Positions 54,489-64,000 of a DNA stretch of 64,000 bases are shown here, one piece after another. The first letter of the stretch is position 1. Each line of letters begins with the position of its first letter. Source of the DNA: Myxococcota bacterium (GTDB lineage: Bacteria; Myxococcota_A; Polyangia; Nannocystales; Nannocystaceae); NCBI GenBank assembly GCA_039028615.1, contig JBCCHT010000025.1, positions 143,948-207,947 on the forward strand, in the 5' to 3' direction. The translations under genes and the position numbers were made by a program. The notes under the pieces were generated by a model that did no database searches, had not been told where the DNA came from, and saw only the letters and a program-made list of their open reading frames with translations.

Positions 54489-56813
54489 TCACAGCCACCG
54501 CTCCATCGCCGTGACCACGTGGATGATGAGCAAGCCCATCAGCACTGCGGTGGCGAGCATGTGGGCGGGCAGCCACATTCGCAGCGCTCGCATCAGCCAG
54601 ATCCGCGCGGGCAGGGCTCGCACCGCCACGGCGCTGCGCACCGCCTCTTTGATGTCGACCGTCTCGCCCGAGGCCACGGGGGGAATGCGCTTGGTGACCC
54701 GCCGCAGCAGCAGGGCTTCCTCTTGCTTGAGGGTGCGGCCGCTGGCGATGAGCGTCGTGGTGCCCAGCGGCGTGCGGACATAGGACGACAGCGCCGGTCC
54801 CACGATCGCCTGCACGGCCGGGGGTTGGGTGCCCACGGCCCGTCGGAAGCGATCGTCGAGGCGCTCGCGCTCGGCGGGGAAGTCCTCGGGCAGCAGGCTC
54901 TTGCGCTCGAGCTTGGTCAGCCGCCGCGGCAGCGAGCGATAGACCCAGGCGCTGAGGATGCCCAGCAGCGACACCACCCAGAACGACAGCGCGGCCGCCC
55001 CCGCGATGTTGTTGGGCACGCGCATCTGAGTGTGCAGCGCCACCGCCCCCATGGCCAGCAGCCCCACCGCGATGTGGAACGCGAGGAAGCGGCGCACCTT
55101 GGAGCGCGCGACCTCGCTGGACTTGTCCGCGTTCGCCTTCTTGCGTCGCAGCCAGGACCGAGGGATCCGCTTGGGCGCCACGTAGAGCATCGCGAGCACG
55201 ATGGTCACCGCCCCGAGCACGCCCGCCGTAAGCCCGACCAGGCCCGCCGACGCGAACAGTCCCGTGCCCGCGATGCGGCTGCCCGCCACCAGCCCGGCCA
55301 CCCCGAGCGCCAGCGGCCACCAGGCGTTGACCCGCTCCACCACCGAGCGTCGTGGTCGGCCCTCGTTGCCCATCAGCGAGGCGACGTCCCGGAAATCGGT
55401 GGACGGGTCGAGGCGCAGGATGGCCTCGGTCGGGCACGCGCTCACGCAGGCGGGCGCCGAGTAGTCGCGGCACAGGTCGCACTTGACCGCCAGCTCGGTC
55501 GGCCCGACGGGCGCGGGGGCTCCGGGGGCCGCAGCCGGCATCAAGCTCGGCGCGATGGGCAGCGACTTGGGTCGCGGCGCCATCTGGATGTTGTCCCACG
55601 GGCACGCCTTGGCGCAGTTCGAGCAGCCCGTGCACAGCTCCTCGCGAATGAACACCTCGCCCTCGGGGTCGCGACCGATCGCCGCCGTCGGGCAGTCGAT
55701 CATGCACACCGGGTTGCTGCAGTGCTGGCACGAGTTGGGCAGCATGAGGCTGCGGACCCCGTCGTCGCGCCCCTCGACGTCGAGCCGAGCCAGGGTCTTG
55801 TCGCCGCGCCGCACGATCCGGGCGACGCCGTGCACCTGGTTGCAGGTCCACGTGCAGTGCCCACACCGCACGCACAGGTCCTGGTCGATGGTCAGCAGCG
55901 AGCTGGCCATCTGCATCTGGTACAGGTCGGCGAACACGTGGCGCGTGCTGTTGTCCTCGCCCGGCGCGACCTCTCGCACCACCTCGCGCTGGGCCTGTCG
56001 CCGCTCGATGCTGGTGCGCTGCAGCTGCCGGAGCAGGCGACCGTTGCGATCGGCCAGCGTGCGAAAGAGCCGAGCCGGGATCGCCAGCAGCTGGCAGTGC
56101 CCCACCGCCACCGCCGAGCGCTTGCGTCGACGCGCGGCCACGATGTCGTCGTCACCGAAGAAGTCACCCGGCGTCAGGTAGGCGGTGACCCGCAGCGCCC
56201 CGCCGTCACCCGACTGCACCTGCACCATGCCCTCGAGCACCAGGTACAGCCACTTCGCCGCGTCTCCGCTGCGATAGACGGGATCCGAGCGGCGCACCTC
56301 GATGTGCTTGGCCCCGTCCACCGCCATCGCGAAGTCTTCGTCGGGCAGGTCGCGAAAGAACAGCCCCGCCCGCAGGATGTCCTTGGTCGCGTTGCGACGC
56401 AGGCGTCGCGCGAGACGCTGGAGCTCGTCGCTGTCGCCCTGCTCGCCCGCGACCGCGGCCGCCCGCCGAAACAGCGGCCCGGGGATCGACACGAAGGTGG
56501 CCGCCGTCGCGGCCCGAGCCTCCGCCCGCCGAGCGTGCCCCAGCAGCGCCTCTTCGCCGAAGCTCTCGTAGGGCCCCACGTCGCGAATCACCCGGGGATG
56601 GTCGTGCCCCCGCGGCGTGGCCATGAGCTGCACCGAGCCCCGCGCCAGCACGTACACGTGATCGCTGCTCTGCCCCAGCCCGAAGATCGAGGACCCCGCG
56701 GGCACCTGCAGCGTGCGTCCGGCCTCGGAGATCCGCCCCTTGGCACTGGCCGACAGCTCGCGCAGCAAGGGCGCCTCGAGCAGGCGCGGATCGAAGGGAT
56801 GCTCGGCGTTCAA
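54489..56813 (-). CDS. Tandem cyclic-nucleotide-binding, multi-[4Fe-4S], membrane protein
   Basis: FGEEAL...RRA and FFGDD...RKRSA cNMP domains; CVRCGHC, CQHCSNPVC, CTGCSNC, KCDLC; His-containing TM helices; TTG start at 56813 overlaps the upstream TGA. Confidence 0.85.
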   Translation of the reverse strand: MNAEHPFDPRLLEAPLLRELSASAKGRISEAGRTLQVPAGSSIFGLGQSSDHVYVLARGSVQLMATPRGHDHPRVIRDVGPYESFGEEALLGHARRAEARAATAATFVSIPGPLFRRAAAVAGEQGDSDELQRLARRLRRNATKDILRAGLFFRDLPDEDFAMAVDGAKHIEVRRSDPVYRSGDAAKWLYLVLEGMVQVQSGDGGALRVTAYLTPGDFFGDDDIVAARRRKRSAVAVGHCQLLAIPARLFRTLADRNGRLLRQLQRTSIERRQAQREVVREVAPGEDNSTRHVFADLYQMQMASSLLTIDQDLCVRCGHCTWTCNQVHGVARIVRRGDKTLARLDVEGRDDGVRSLMLPNSCQHCSNPVCMIDCPTAAIGRDPEGEVFIREELCTGCSNCAKACPWDNIQMAPRPKSLPIAPSLMPAAAPGAPAPVGPTELAVKCDLCRDYSAPACVSACPTEAILRLDPSTDFRDVASLMGNEGRPRRSVVERVNAWWPLALGVAGLVAGSRIAGTGLFASAGLVGLTAGVLGAVTIVLAMLYVAPKRIPRSWLRRKKANADKSSEVARSKVRRFLAFHIAVGLLAMGAVALHTQMRVPNNIAGAAALSFWVVSLLGILSAWVYRSLPRRLTKLERKSLLPEDFPAERERLDDRFRRAVGTQPPAVQAIVGPALSSYVRTPLGTTTLIASGRTLKQEEALLLRRVTKRIPPVASGETVDIKEAVRSAVAVRALPARIWLMRALRMWLPAHMLATAVLMGLLIIHVVTAMERWL

Positions 56814-59800
56814 TCGATCACCACCGTCCGACGGTGCAGCTCCACCGCCTCGAGCCGCTCGAGCACGTCCAGGGTCAGCAGCGGACCGTCCGGGCGCTCC
56901 CCCTTCTCCGTCATGTAGGCCTCGTACGCGGCAAAGGTCCGCAACAAGAAGGGCGGGAACCCACGGAAGAGCAACCGGGCCTCGACCTCGAAGGGACCCT
57001 TGCTGCCGTCCGTGGACAGCAGGTAGGTGTAGCGCACGGGGGTGTCCGGCGGGATCGAGCGCGTGTCGATGATCGCGTCCGGTCCTCGCAGCACTCCGCG
57101 CTCGCTGTCGAGCGAGCCGACCGGGAAGAACACCTCGGTGAAGCGGTGGTGCCCCTCGAGGTTCGACTTGCACTCGCCGGTATCGATGTCGTAGTCGCCG
57201 TCCTCGAAGCGATCGTAGCGGTGGCCGTTCTGCAAGAAGCCCGGCTTGCAGTGACCGTCCTCGTCGATCGTGCCGCGGCACCGAACGCAGCGCAGGAAGC
57301 CGTTTTGCAGGTTGATGAGGCCCTTGCCGCGGAACTCGGTGCCGCCGAGCTCGGGGTTGGGATCCCACTGCGGCACGTCGGGCCCGTCCACCACATCCGC
57401 CCCGAACAACCCCAGCGGCTGCCCGGCGTCGTCGGTGTTGTCGTCGCGTACGGTGACCTTCTCGAAGATCTTGTCGTGCAGGTCCTCGTCGCCCCGGTCG
57501 ACGCGACCGACCTCGTAGACCAGCTCGCCGTCGGCATCGGTGACCCGCAGGTGCACCCAGATCTCTCGCTCTTGGGAGAACCCGGCCGGCACCCGGTGCC
57601 CCGCGCCCACGTTCTCCATGACCAGCGGGATCTCGAGATCTTCGCCCGAGCGCTTCGGCGGCTCGAGCTCGAAGCGGAACGCCACGCCCAGCAACATGTC
57701 GCGGCGCCCCATGAGGCCGACCGGCGTGCCCTCGGCATCCACCCCGACCTCTTCGATCAACGCGTCGGGGAACGATGGCGTGAGCGGCACGTCGACCGAC
57801 GAGAAGTAGTGCGAGACGATCGGCGAGGGGTCGCTGCGATTGGCGATGGCTCCCTGCGGATAGTCGCCCGGAGAGCGCGGCTCGAAGTGCGTCCCGGGCG
57901 GGCACGCGCGCACCAACGCCACGTCGCCCGGGTCCGGCCCGTCGCCGCCCGCCGAGTCCGCCACGCACAGCCCCGGGAATTGAGACATGTGGCAGTCCTG
58001 GCAGCTGTAGACGTCGGCGCCGGCCTTCTTGCGATCGTCCGCCCATACCCGCCACTCGGAGTACGCGTTGCGCAGGCGCTTGAAGTGCTCACCCCGCTCG
58101 ATGCCGATCGAGTCGGTCCCGAAGAGCCGGACGTCGTGGCAGGTGCCGCAGAACTCGCTGCTGCGACGGTACTCCTTGACGTCCTTGGGCGTGGCCGCGT
58201 GCGGCATGCCGCCGTTGCTCGCCGCATCGGCCAGGAACTGCGCCGCGTCGAGGAAGTAGGCCGAGTTCGCAATGCCCGGGACCTCCGCCGACTCCGGCCG
58301 CATCCCGTAGACATTGTCCGACGTAAACGAGTGCCACGCGGGATTGCCCATGTACGTCCCCGCGTCGGCATCCTCGGGTCGAACCCCGCGGGTCACCTGA
58401 TGGCAAAATGCACAGTCGATCCCCTCGAGCTGGCTCTCGGAGAGCATGCTGAGCAAGGGCCGACGCCGATCCGACTTGTCGCGGACGCCGTCCCAGGCGG
58501 GCACTTGGTTGCCCAGGTTCGTCAGCGGGCTATGGCAGTTGATGCACCAGCCCTCGCCGCCCGTGCCGGTGAGCGAGCGCCCGTTCGCCGTGCACGAGTT
58601 GCCGACCTCCGCAAAGCGCAGCACCCCTGCCCCGTGCGGACATGCGTCGCTGCGGGCCACCTGCTCTTCGATGAGCATCTCCAGCGACTGGAACAGCGGG
58701 CTCCGTGCCGCTTGGCCCATGATCGATCGGCGCCACTCCATCATCTGCCGCGTATGGCAGGCCCCGCAGTCTTCGGGGCGGGTCTTCGCGGGCACCAAGG
58801 CCGTGGCCGGGCGCAGCGACGGCTCGGGCTTGCTCTGCTCCTCCGCCATCCCGCTCAGGAACCATGCGGCCGGGGCCGCCACCGCCACCGCCAGAGCCCC
58901 GCTGAGCCAACCGGGAGCCGAACGGCGCTTGCTCGGCGTCGCCACGGGGCGAGCGGGCGACGACATCTGAGCCGAGCTCGCCGCGGGCATGGGCGGGTGC
59001 GAAGGATGACCCGAAGCCACGGGGCCCGGCTCCGAGCTCGCCGCGGGCATCATCTGCTGGAGCATCTCCGCGCTACCAAACGCGGTCGATGCCGGGGCCA
59101 GCGGCTTGGCCGAGGCGTCCGCCCCGGCCTGCGATGCCGCGCCCTGTGACAGATGCTGCTCGAGTCGGGTGATGAGCTCCGCCCAGGTGCTCGGCCGTCG
59201 CCGCGGCTGGGTGTCGATCATCGCCAGCAGCGTGCTCGCCAGCCCGGCCGGCAAGGCCTCCGCCGCCGCACCGTGGGGCGGCGAGGGCTCGCGTGAGCGC
59301 GTGTGCAGGCCATCGCCGGAGAACGGCTCCTCCGCGCAGAGCAGGCGATACAGCAAGCGACCCAGCGCATAGCGATCGGCCGATGAAGAGGGCTTGCCCG
59401 CGGGCGTCTCGGGCGGACGCCACGCGCCGCGGGTCGGGGGCCAATGCGGAGACGCGTCGACCAGCCGCCGTACCGCGCCGCTGTCTGCCACCACCAACGC
59501 CGTCTGCTCGCCCGGGGCCACCCAGCGCAAGGTCTCGGGCTCGATCGGGCCCGCTCGGATCTTTCGCTTCTCGCAGGACGACAGCGCCCGCGCCAGCACC
59601 AACACCAGCTCGCACGCCCGCCGCCACGGCACCGGCTCGGCCGACATCGTCTGCATCAGCGGCTCGCCGAGCGTGCGCACCACCGTGAACGAGCCCGCCT
59701 GCGCGGGCGCGGCATGAAATCCGCCCACGTTCATCGAGCCGAGCCACGCCAGCCACTGCTGCGCCGTCTCGTCGGGCACCACCCAGCGCTCGACGGGCCC

Positions 59801-59887
59801 CTCGTGAAAGACCAGCGCTCGACCGATCGACTCGTTCGGAGCACCAGGCACGGCCGAAGGCGGATGACCGGAGATCGTAGCCACCAC
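56810..59887 (-). CDS. Pseudokinase / TM / pentaheme cytochrome c fusion
   Basis: Kinase C-lobe remnants (WRPPE, SADRYALGRLLYRLL, PRRRP); TM; CGACH, CINCH, CAFCH, CGTCH, CQDCH; GAGHRVPAG. Confidence 0.8.
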   Translation of the reverse strand: MVATISGHPPSAVPGAPNESIGRALVFHEGPVERWVVPDETAQQWLAWLGSMNVGGFHAAPAQAGSFTVVRTLGEPLMQTMSAEPVPWRRACELVLVLARALSSCEKRKIRAGPIEPETLRWVAPGEQTALVVADSGAVRRLVDASPHWPPTRGAWRPPETPAGKPSSSADRYALGRLLYRLLCAEEPFSGDGLHTRSREPSPPHGAAAEALPAGLASTLLAMIDTQPRRRPSTWAELITRLEQHLSQGAASQAGADASAKPLAPASTAFGSAEMLQQMMPAASSEPGPVASGHPSHPPMPAASSAQMSSPARPVATPSKRRSAPGWLSGALAVAVAAPAAWFLSGMAEEQSKPEPSLRPATALVPAKTRPEDCGACHTRQMMEWRRSIMGQAARSPLFQSLEMLIEEQVARSDACPHGAGVLRFAEVGNSCTANGRSLTGTGGEGWCINCHSPLTNLGNQVPAWDGVRDKSDRRRPLLSMLSESQLEGIDCAFCHQVTRGVRPEDADAGTYMGNPAWHSFTSDNVYGMRPESAEVPGIANSAYFLDAAQFLADAASNGGMPHAATPKDVKEYRRSSEFCGTCHDVRLFGTDSIGIERGEHFKRLRNAYSEWRVWADDRKKAGADVYSCQDCHMSQFPGLCVADSAGGDGPDPGDVALVRACPPGTHFEPRSPGDYPQGAIANRSDPSPIVSHYFSSVDVPLTPSFPDALIEEVGVDAEGTPVGLMGRRDMLLGVAFRFELEPPKRSGEDLEIPLVMENVGAGHRVPAGFSQEREIWVHLRVTDADGELVYEVGRVDRGDEDLHDKIFEKVTVRDDNTDDAGQPLGLFGADVVDGPDVPQWDPNPELGGTEFRGKGLINLQNGFLRCVRCRGTIDEDGHCKPGFLQNGHRYDRFEDGDYDIDTGECKSNLEGHHRFTEVFFPVGSLDSERGVLRGPDAIIDTRSIPPDTPVRYTYLLSTDGSKGPFEVEARLLFRGFPPFLLRTFAAYEAYMTEKGERPDGPLLTLDVLERLEAVELHRRTVVID

Positions 59888-60031
59888 GTTCCGATTTACG
59901 GGGCGCCCCGGGGCTGCGTCAACGAAACGTTCGCCGTCCCGTGATTCTCCGCCGAATCGGGACGGATCCTCATGCGCATTTCATTGTCCGGCCCCACCTG
60001 ACAGCGTTTTCGAGGGGGCCTGGGGGCCGGC

Positions 60032-60586
60032 TCACTCCTGCCATCGCCCCTCGAAACGGCCGGCGAAGAAGCTCCCCTGCCCCTTGACCAGGATCTCGCA
60101 CTTCGGCCGCTTCCGCGACAGTGCCTCCAACGCCTCGCGCGAGCCCGTTTCCGTGTCCACCACCAGCTCTTCGAGGTCGGGTACCCCCGACAGCGCCATC
60201 AGCCCCGTCGCGCGGATCGAAGTCTCGTGCACCTGCAGATTCACCAGCCGGGTCAACGCGCTCAGGTGAGGCACACACCCGTCGTCGAGCTGCGGGTTGT
60301 CCTTGAGGCGCAGGTATCGAAGCGCGGGTAGCCGGGCGAGCACCGCGAGGCCGCCGTTGGTCAGCGCCGTGTGCTGAAGCCTCAGGTTGTCCAGCGTGGT
60401 GCACTCGCACACGTAGCCCAGGCCTTCGTCCGTCAGCGGCACGTCGCAGAAGCTCGCCGACGAAAGCCGCGGCAGCGCGGCCAGCCGTCGCAGCTGCTGC
60501 ATGTCGTACGACTCGCCGAAGGGCCGCGGAAGAAAGTGTTCGCTCGTCGGACCGAGAACCTCGCCGAAGACTTCGACCGTACTCAC
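60032..60586 (-). CDS. Leucine-rich repeat protein
   Basis: LTDEGL, LRLQHTALTNGGL, LRYLRLKDNPQLDD, LQVHETSI repeats; start uncertain. Confidence 0.65.
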   Translation of the reverse strand: MSTVEVFGEVLGPTSEHFLPRPFGESYDMQQLRRLAALPRLSSASFCDVPLTDEGLGYVCECTTLDNLRLQHTALTNGGLAVLARLPALRYLRLKDNPQLDDGCVPHLSALTRLVNLQVHETSIRATGLMALSGVPDLEELVVDTETGSREALEALSRKRPKCEILVKGQGSFFAGRFEGRWQE

Positions 60587-60652
60587 CGGCCCCAGCCTAT
60601 CCCGACCGTCACTTGGTGTGGTGATCCCATCGCGAGTACCATCGCCTCGCCG

Positions 60653-61141
60653 ATGTCCGTGCGTCCTGCATCGATCCGCCTCTTCGCCTTCGACATCGAC
60701 GGCACCCTCACCGACGCTACCACCTGGTGGGGCGGCGAATCCCGGGGGTGGCTGCAGCGCTACAGCGTGCGCGACGGCGAGGCCCTCAAGCGGCTGGCCG
60801 CCGACCGCCACGTCCTGCCCCTGTCGCGCAACAAGACCGATTCTGCCGCCCAGCGCATGCGCGGCCTCGGCTTCGACTCCCGCTGGCTCGGCGTCAGCGA
60901 CAAGGTCGCCTCCATCCGCGAGATCTGCCGCGAGTACCAGGTCGACGCCCGCGAGATCGCCTTCGTCGGAGACGGCCCCGACGACGCCGTCGTCTTCCCC
61001 GAAGTCGGCCTGGGCTTCGCCGTCGCCGACGCCCACCCCGAGGCCCTGCAGGCCGCCCACGTCGTGCTCGACTCACCCGGCGGGGGCCGAGCCGTCGAAG
61101 AGATCGAGCTTCGCCTCGCCGGGACATGGCCGGCACAATGA
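60653..61141 (+). CDS. kdsC: KdsC-family HAD phosphatase
   Basis: FDIDGTLTD, SVRDG, FVGDGPDD, AVADAHP, GGGRAVEE. Confidence 0.82.
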   Translation: MSVRPASIRLFAFDIDGTLTDATTWWGGESRGWLQRYSVRDGEALKRLAADRHVLPLSRNKTDSAAQRMRGLGFDSRWLGVSDKVASIREICREYQVDAREIAFVGDGPDDAVVFPEVGLGFAVADAHPEALQAAHVVLDSPGGGRAVEEIELRLAGTWPAQ

Positions 61142-62265
61142 GCCGACCCATGCGCGCCCTCGGCTTGATGAGCGGCACCTCGGCCGATGGCGTCGACGCC
61201 CTGCTGCTGCAGCTCGACGACCCCGACCAGCGGCACTGCCCCCGCGTGCTCGGCCACGCCTACCGCCCCTTCCCCGACGCCCTACGCACCACCCTGCGCG
61301 CCCCCGAGCAGCTGCGCGTCCCCGAGATCTCCGAGCTGAGCTACGCGCTCAGTGCCCGCTACGCCGAGGCGGTCAAAGCCATCGCTGCGTGGGACACCGC
61401 CGACGTCTGCGGCATGCACGGGCAGACCGTCTGGCACCGCCCGCCTTCGCAGGCCGACGGCGGCATCGCCCACACCCTGCAGATCGGCTCCAGCGGAGCC
61501 CTGGCGCAGGCCTTGGGCCTGCCCGTCGTCGGCGACATGCGGGCGGCCGACCTCGCCCTCGGCGGCGAAGGGGCCCCCATCGCTCCCCTGTCGCACTGGA
61601 TGTTCACCCCCGTCGAGCACTCGGGGCGCCTGGTCGTCAACGTCGGCGGCATCGCCAACAGCACCTTCGTCGCCGAGCGGCAGGAGCAGGTCCTCGCCTC
61701 CGACATCGGCCCGGGCATGATGATCACCGACGCACTCGCCCACCACGTCTCCGGGGGGCAGGCGCACTACGATCACGACGGACAGCTGAGCGCGGGCGGA
61801 CAGCCGCAGCCCGCCTTCGTCGAGCACGTCCTCGCGCACCCCTTCTTCTCGCGCCCGCTACCACGCTCGACCGGGCGCGAGGACTTCGGGGCCCGCTACG
61901 TGCAGTCGCTGCTCGAGCGCTTCGGCGACCTCGCCCCCGCCGACCTGCTCACCAGCGCGCTCGAGGTCACCGCCCGGGCCATCGCCCACGTCGCCCTCGA
62001 AGCGTTGTCGGGCGTCACCGAGATCGTCCTGACCGGAGGCGGCGCGCTGCACCCCCGCATCGTCGGTCGCGTGGGGCAGCTCGTAGCCTGCCCCGTCGTC
62101 GTGCACACCGAAGGCGCCCTCGCGCCTCAGCACCACGAGCCCGCTGCCATGGCCCTCATCGCCGCGCGGACCCTGCATCGGCTCCCCAGTGGATTGCCGG
62201 GGGTCACGGGCGCGCGAGCCCCTGCCATCCTCGGCCACGTACACTGGCCAACCCCGCTCGGCTGA
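61138..62265 (+). CDS. anmK: Anhydro-N-acetylmuramic acid kinase
   Basis: GLMSGTSADGVD, HGQTVWH, GGEGAP, NVGGIAN, STGRE, GGGA; ATGA overlap with kdsC. Confidence 0.93.
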   Translation: MSRPMRALGLMSGTSADGVDALLLQLDDPDQRHCPRVLGHAYRPFPDALRTTLRAPEQLRVPEISELSYALSARYAEAVKAIAAWDTADVCGMHGQTVWHRPPSQADGGIAHTLQIGSSGALAQALGLPVVGDMRAADLALGGEGAPIAPLSHWMFTPVEHSGRLVVNVGGIANSTFVAERQEQVLASDIGPGMMITDALAHHVSGGQAHYDHDGQLSAGGQPQPAFVEHVLAHPFFSRPLPRSTGREDFGARYVQSLLERFGDLAPADLLTSALEVTARAIAHVALEALSGVTEIVLTGGGALHPRIVGRVGQLVACPVVVHTEGALAPQHHEPAAMALIAARTLHRLPSGLPGVTGARAPAILGHVHWPTPLG

Positions 62266-62286
62266 AGCGGGGCGTGCGGCTCGGCC

Positions 62287-63627
62287 TCAGCCGCCCAGGC
62301 GGGCTTCGATCGCCGCCGTCGAGGCTGCGTCCGAGGGCTGCGCCGTGGGTTCACCCGGTCGGGCCGACAGCACCGCGTGCAGACGCGACGCCATCTCTGG
62401 GGTGGACGAAACCGCATCGACCACCCGACCGTGTCGCTCCACGCGGAATGCCCGGGGCTCGATCCCCTTGGGTGCGATCGCGGCCGCGAACTGCTGCGCG
62501 TCGATCTCTCGGTCCCACGCGCTGCGCCAGATCACCACCCGCTCGCCGGACACGTGCTCGTAGATGCGGAGCAAGTCGCCGTCCCAGCCGACCACCGCGA
62601 GCTGGGCCTGCTCTGGGTCGACCCCGCGCTCCAGCAGCATGCGGTGCATCGTCAGCTCGCCCATCACGTCCTCGTAGACCAGCTTCGCCGACCCGATGTA
62701 GTCGTCCTCGCCGTCGTCCTCGGGCCAGCCCGGCTGTCCCACGTTCACCGGGAAATCGAGATCGATCTTCGACGGGTGAATGAGCTGCTCGGTCGACGGC
62801 GGCGGACTGCGAACCGCCCGCAGCACCGCCCCCCAGCCCCCTTCGCGATACCGAGCGTAGAGGAACTCCGCCCCCGGCCCGCACAGGGTTTCCGTCAGCG
62901 TCGCGTGCAAGTGCAGCGGCGGCGGGTTCAGCTGGGCCATCGCCTCTTGGCTCAGGTTGTCGATGCTCCCGTGTCGCGCCAGCAGCTCCGCCAAGCGGGC
63001 GTGCCCTTCGAGCAAACACTTGCGCACCCGCACCCCGTCCAGGCGCCCCTGGGGCTCGTACAGCGCTTCTGCCAGACCCCCCGGCCCTTGGTCGTAGAAC
63101 GCATAGACCAGCTGAGCCGCCACTGCCGCCTCCAGGCTCACCGTGTCTTGCGCTTCCGCTTGGATGAACACCATCGCCCGGCGGTCGGTCGCGTAGTAGA
63201 CCCGGACCCCGGGCAAGCGGGCCTCCACCGCCTCCCTGCGCAGTCGCTTCAGGCTGCGGATCGGCGGCGTCGCCTCCAGGATTCCTCGCATCTGCCACAG
63301 CACGTCCATGTGCTCCGGCCGCAGCCCCAGATCGATCTGCGCTCCCAGGTCCAGCGCCACTTCTTCGCGCAGCTTCGACTCCGACAGCAGCTTGCTCCGG
63401 TCGACCGACACTCCCGTCGAGCGCAGCCGTCGGTTCACCGTCTGGATCGTGCGGGCCTCCGGCGTCTTCGCGATCGGCTCCGTCGGGTGCGTGCTCTGGT
63501 TGTTGCAGAGTGCTCCCCCCGCTCCCAGCACCGCCACCGCCCCGATCAGGGCCCGGCACAGTCCAGCCTGCCACCCTCTGCGGTGCGCGCGGCGAGCGTT
63601 CGGCCCATGAAAACCGGTGCGATTCAT
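62287..63627 (-). CDS. Exported protein resembling HExxH zinc-metallopeptidase-like surface proteins, motif degenerate
   Basis: Hydrophobic N-terminus; AAQLVYAFYDQ, LLEGHA, PPPSTEQLIHP, MGELT, GWDGD. Confidence 0.6.
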   Translation of the reverse strand: MNRTGFHGPNARRAHRRGWQAGLCRALIGAVAVLGAGGALCNNQSTHPTEPIAKTPEARTIQTVNRRLRSTGVSVDRSKLLSESKLREEVALDLGAQIDLGLRPEHMDVLWQMRGILEATPPIRSLKRLRREAVEARLPGVRVYYATDRRAMVFIQAEAQDTVSLEAAVAAQLVYAFYDQGPGGLAEALYEPQGRLDGVRVRKCLLEGHARLAELLARHGSIDNLSQEAMAQLNPPPLHLHATLTETLCGPGAEFLYARYREGGWGAVLRAVRSPPPSTEQLIHPSKIDLDFPVNVGQPGWPEDDGEDDYIGSAKLVYEDVMGELTMHRMLLERGVDPEQAQLAVVGWDGDLLRIYEHVSGERVVIWRSAWDREIDAQQFAAAIAPKGIEPRAFRVERHGRVVDAVSSTPEMASRLHAVLSARPGEPTAQPSDAASTAAIEARLGG

Positions 63628-63772
63628 CCGATCGCGGATGTTCGCACACTCCGACCGCCAATCCTGGCCCTCCCCCGGCAGGCCCGCCCCCGACCCCTTT
63701 ACGAGCGATTTACGCCCCGCACATCGGGGCGTGACCGAAGATCCGCGACTCTATCGGCAGCCGAACCCGCCC

Positions 63773-64000
63773 ATGAAGACTCTCGCCATCATCGCCGCCC
63801 TCCTCCTCACCGGGGGTGCCATCTACTACGTCACCAGCGACTCCGCCGACGACGGTCCCACCACCGCCAACGCCGACGCGGGTGACAAGGGCTCTCGCAA
63901 GGGTCGCCGTGGCAAGGGCCAGCGCGACCGCAAGCGCTCCGCCGACGGCTCCACCCGCGGCTCCGACCACGCCGTGCCCGCCGACGCCAGCCTCGAAGAA
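63773..64000 (+). CDS. Exported or membrane-anchored protein, N-terminal part (runs off the right edge)
   Basis: Manual translation MKTLAIIAALLLTGGAIYYVTSDSADDG..., open to the window end. Confidence 0.6.
   Translation, partial: MKTLAIIAALLLTGGAIYYVTSDSADDGPTTANADAGDKGSRKGRRGKGQRDRKRSADGSTRGSDHAVPADASLEE

Noticed and set aside
54489..58055. 1188-aa ORF as listed
   Set aside because: Its first 414 codons overlap the cytochrome gene in another frame and are Arg/Gly-rich noise; the real start is the TTG at 56813
1..64000. tRNA, rRNA, integrase, transposase, prophage or known defence genes
   Set aside because: No recognisable motifs by eye; tRNAscan-SE, Infernal and DefenseFinder runs would be needed to exclude them formally

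Overview
High-GC, gene-dense 64 kb window whose gene content (many Cys/Ser/Thr-rich lipoproteins, Ser/Thr kinases with TPRs, ECF sigma/anti-sigma cassettes, a DUF1592/DUF1552 pair) points to a myxobacterium (Myxococcota, plausibly Nannocystaceae-like; inference). I found no rRNA, tRNA, CRISPR array or transposase. About 50 CDS are supportable. Family assignments rest on motifs recognised by eye; no database search was run. Main points: (1) a two-gene natural-product cassette at 21291-24436, where a tryptophan dimethylallyltransferase is fused to an AetD-like heme-oxygenase-like diiron domain and coupled to a cytokinin-dehydrogenase/VAO-type flavoprotein, suggesting a minimal prenyl-indole nitrile/aldehyde pathway; (2) a coupled four-gene operon at 49869-59887 joining a pseudokinase-multiheme cytochrome, a tandem cNMP-binding Fe-S membrane protein, a cytochrome-ferredoxin-permuted flavoreductase and a Ser/Thr kinase; (3) tandem KstR-type operators in front of a P450 plus KstR-like TetR; (4) an in-frame ECF sigma/anti-sigma fusion whose paralogous cassette in the same window is split; (5) several enzymes with substituted catalytic residues.
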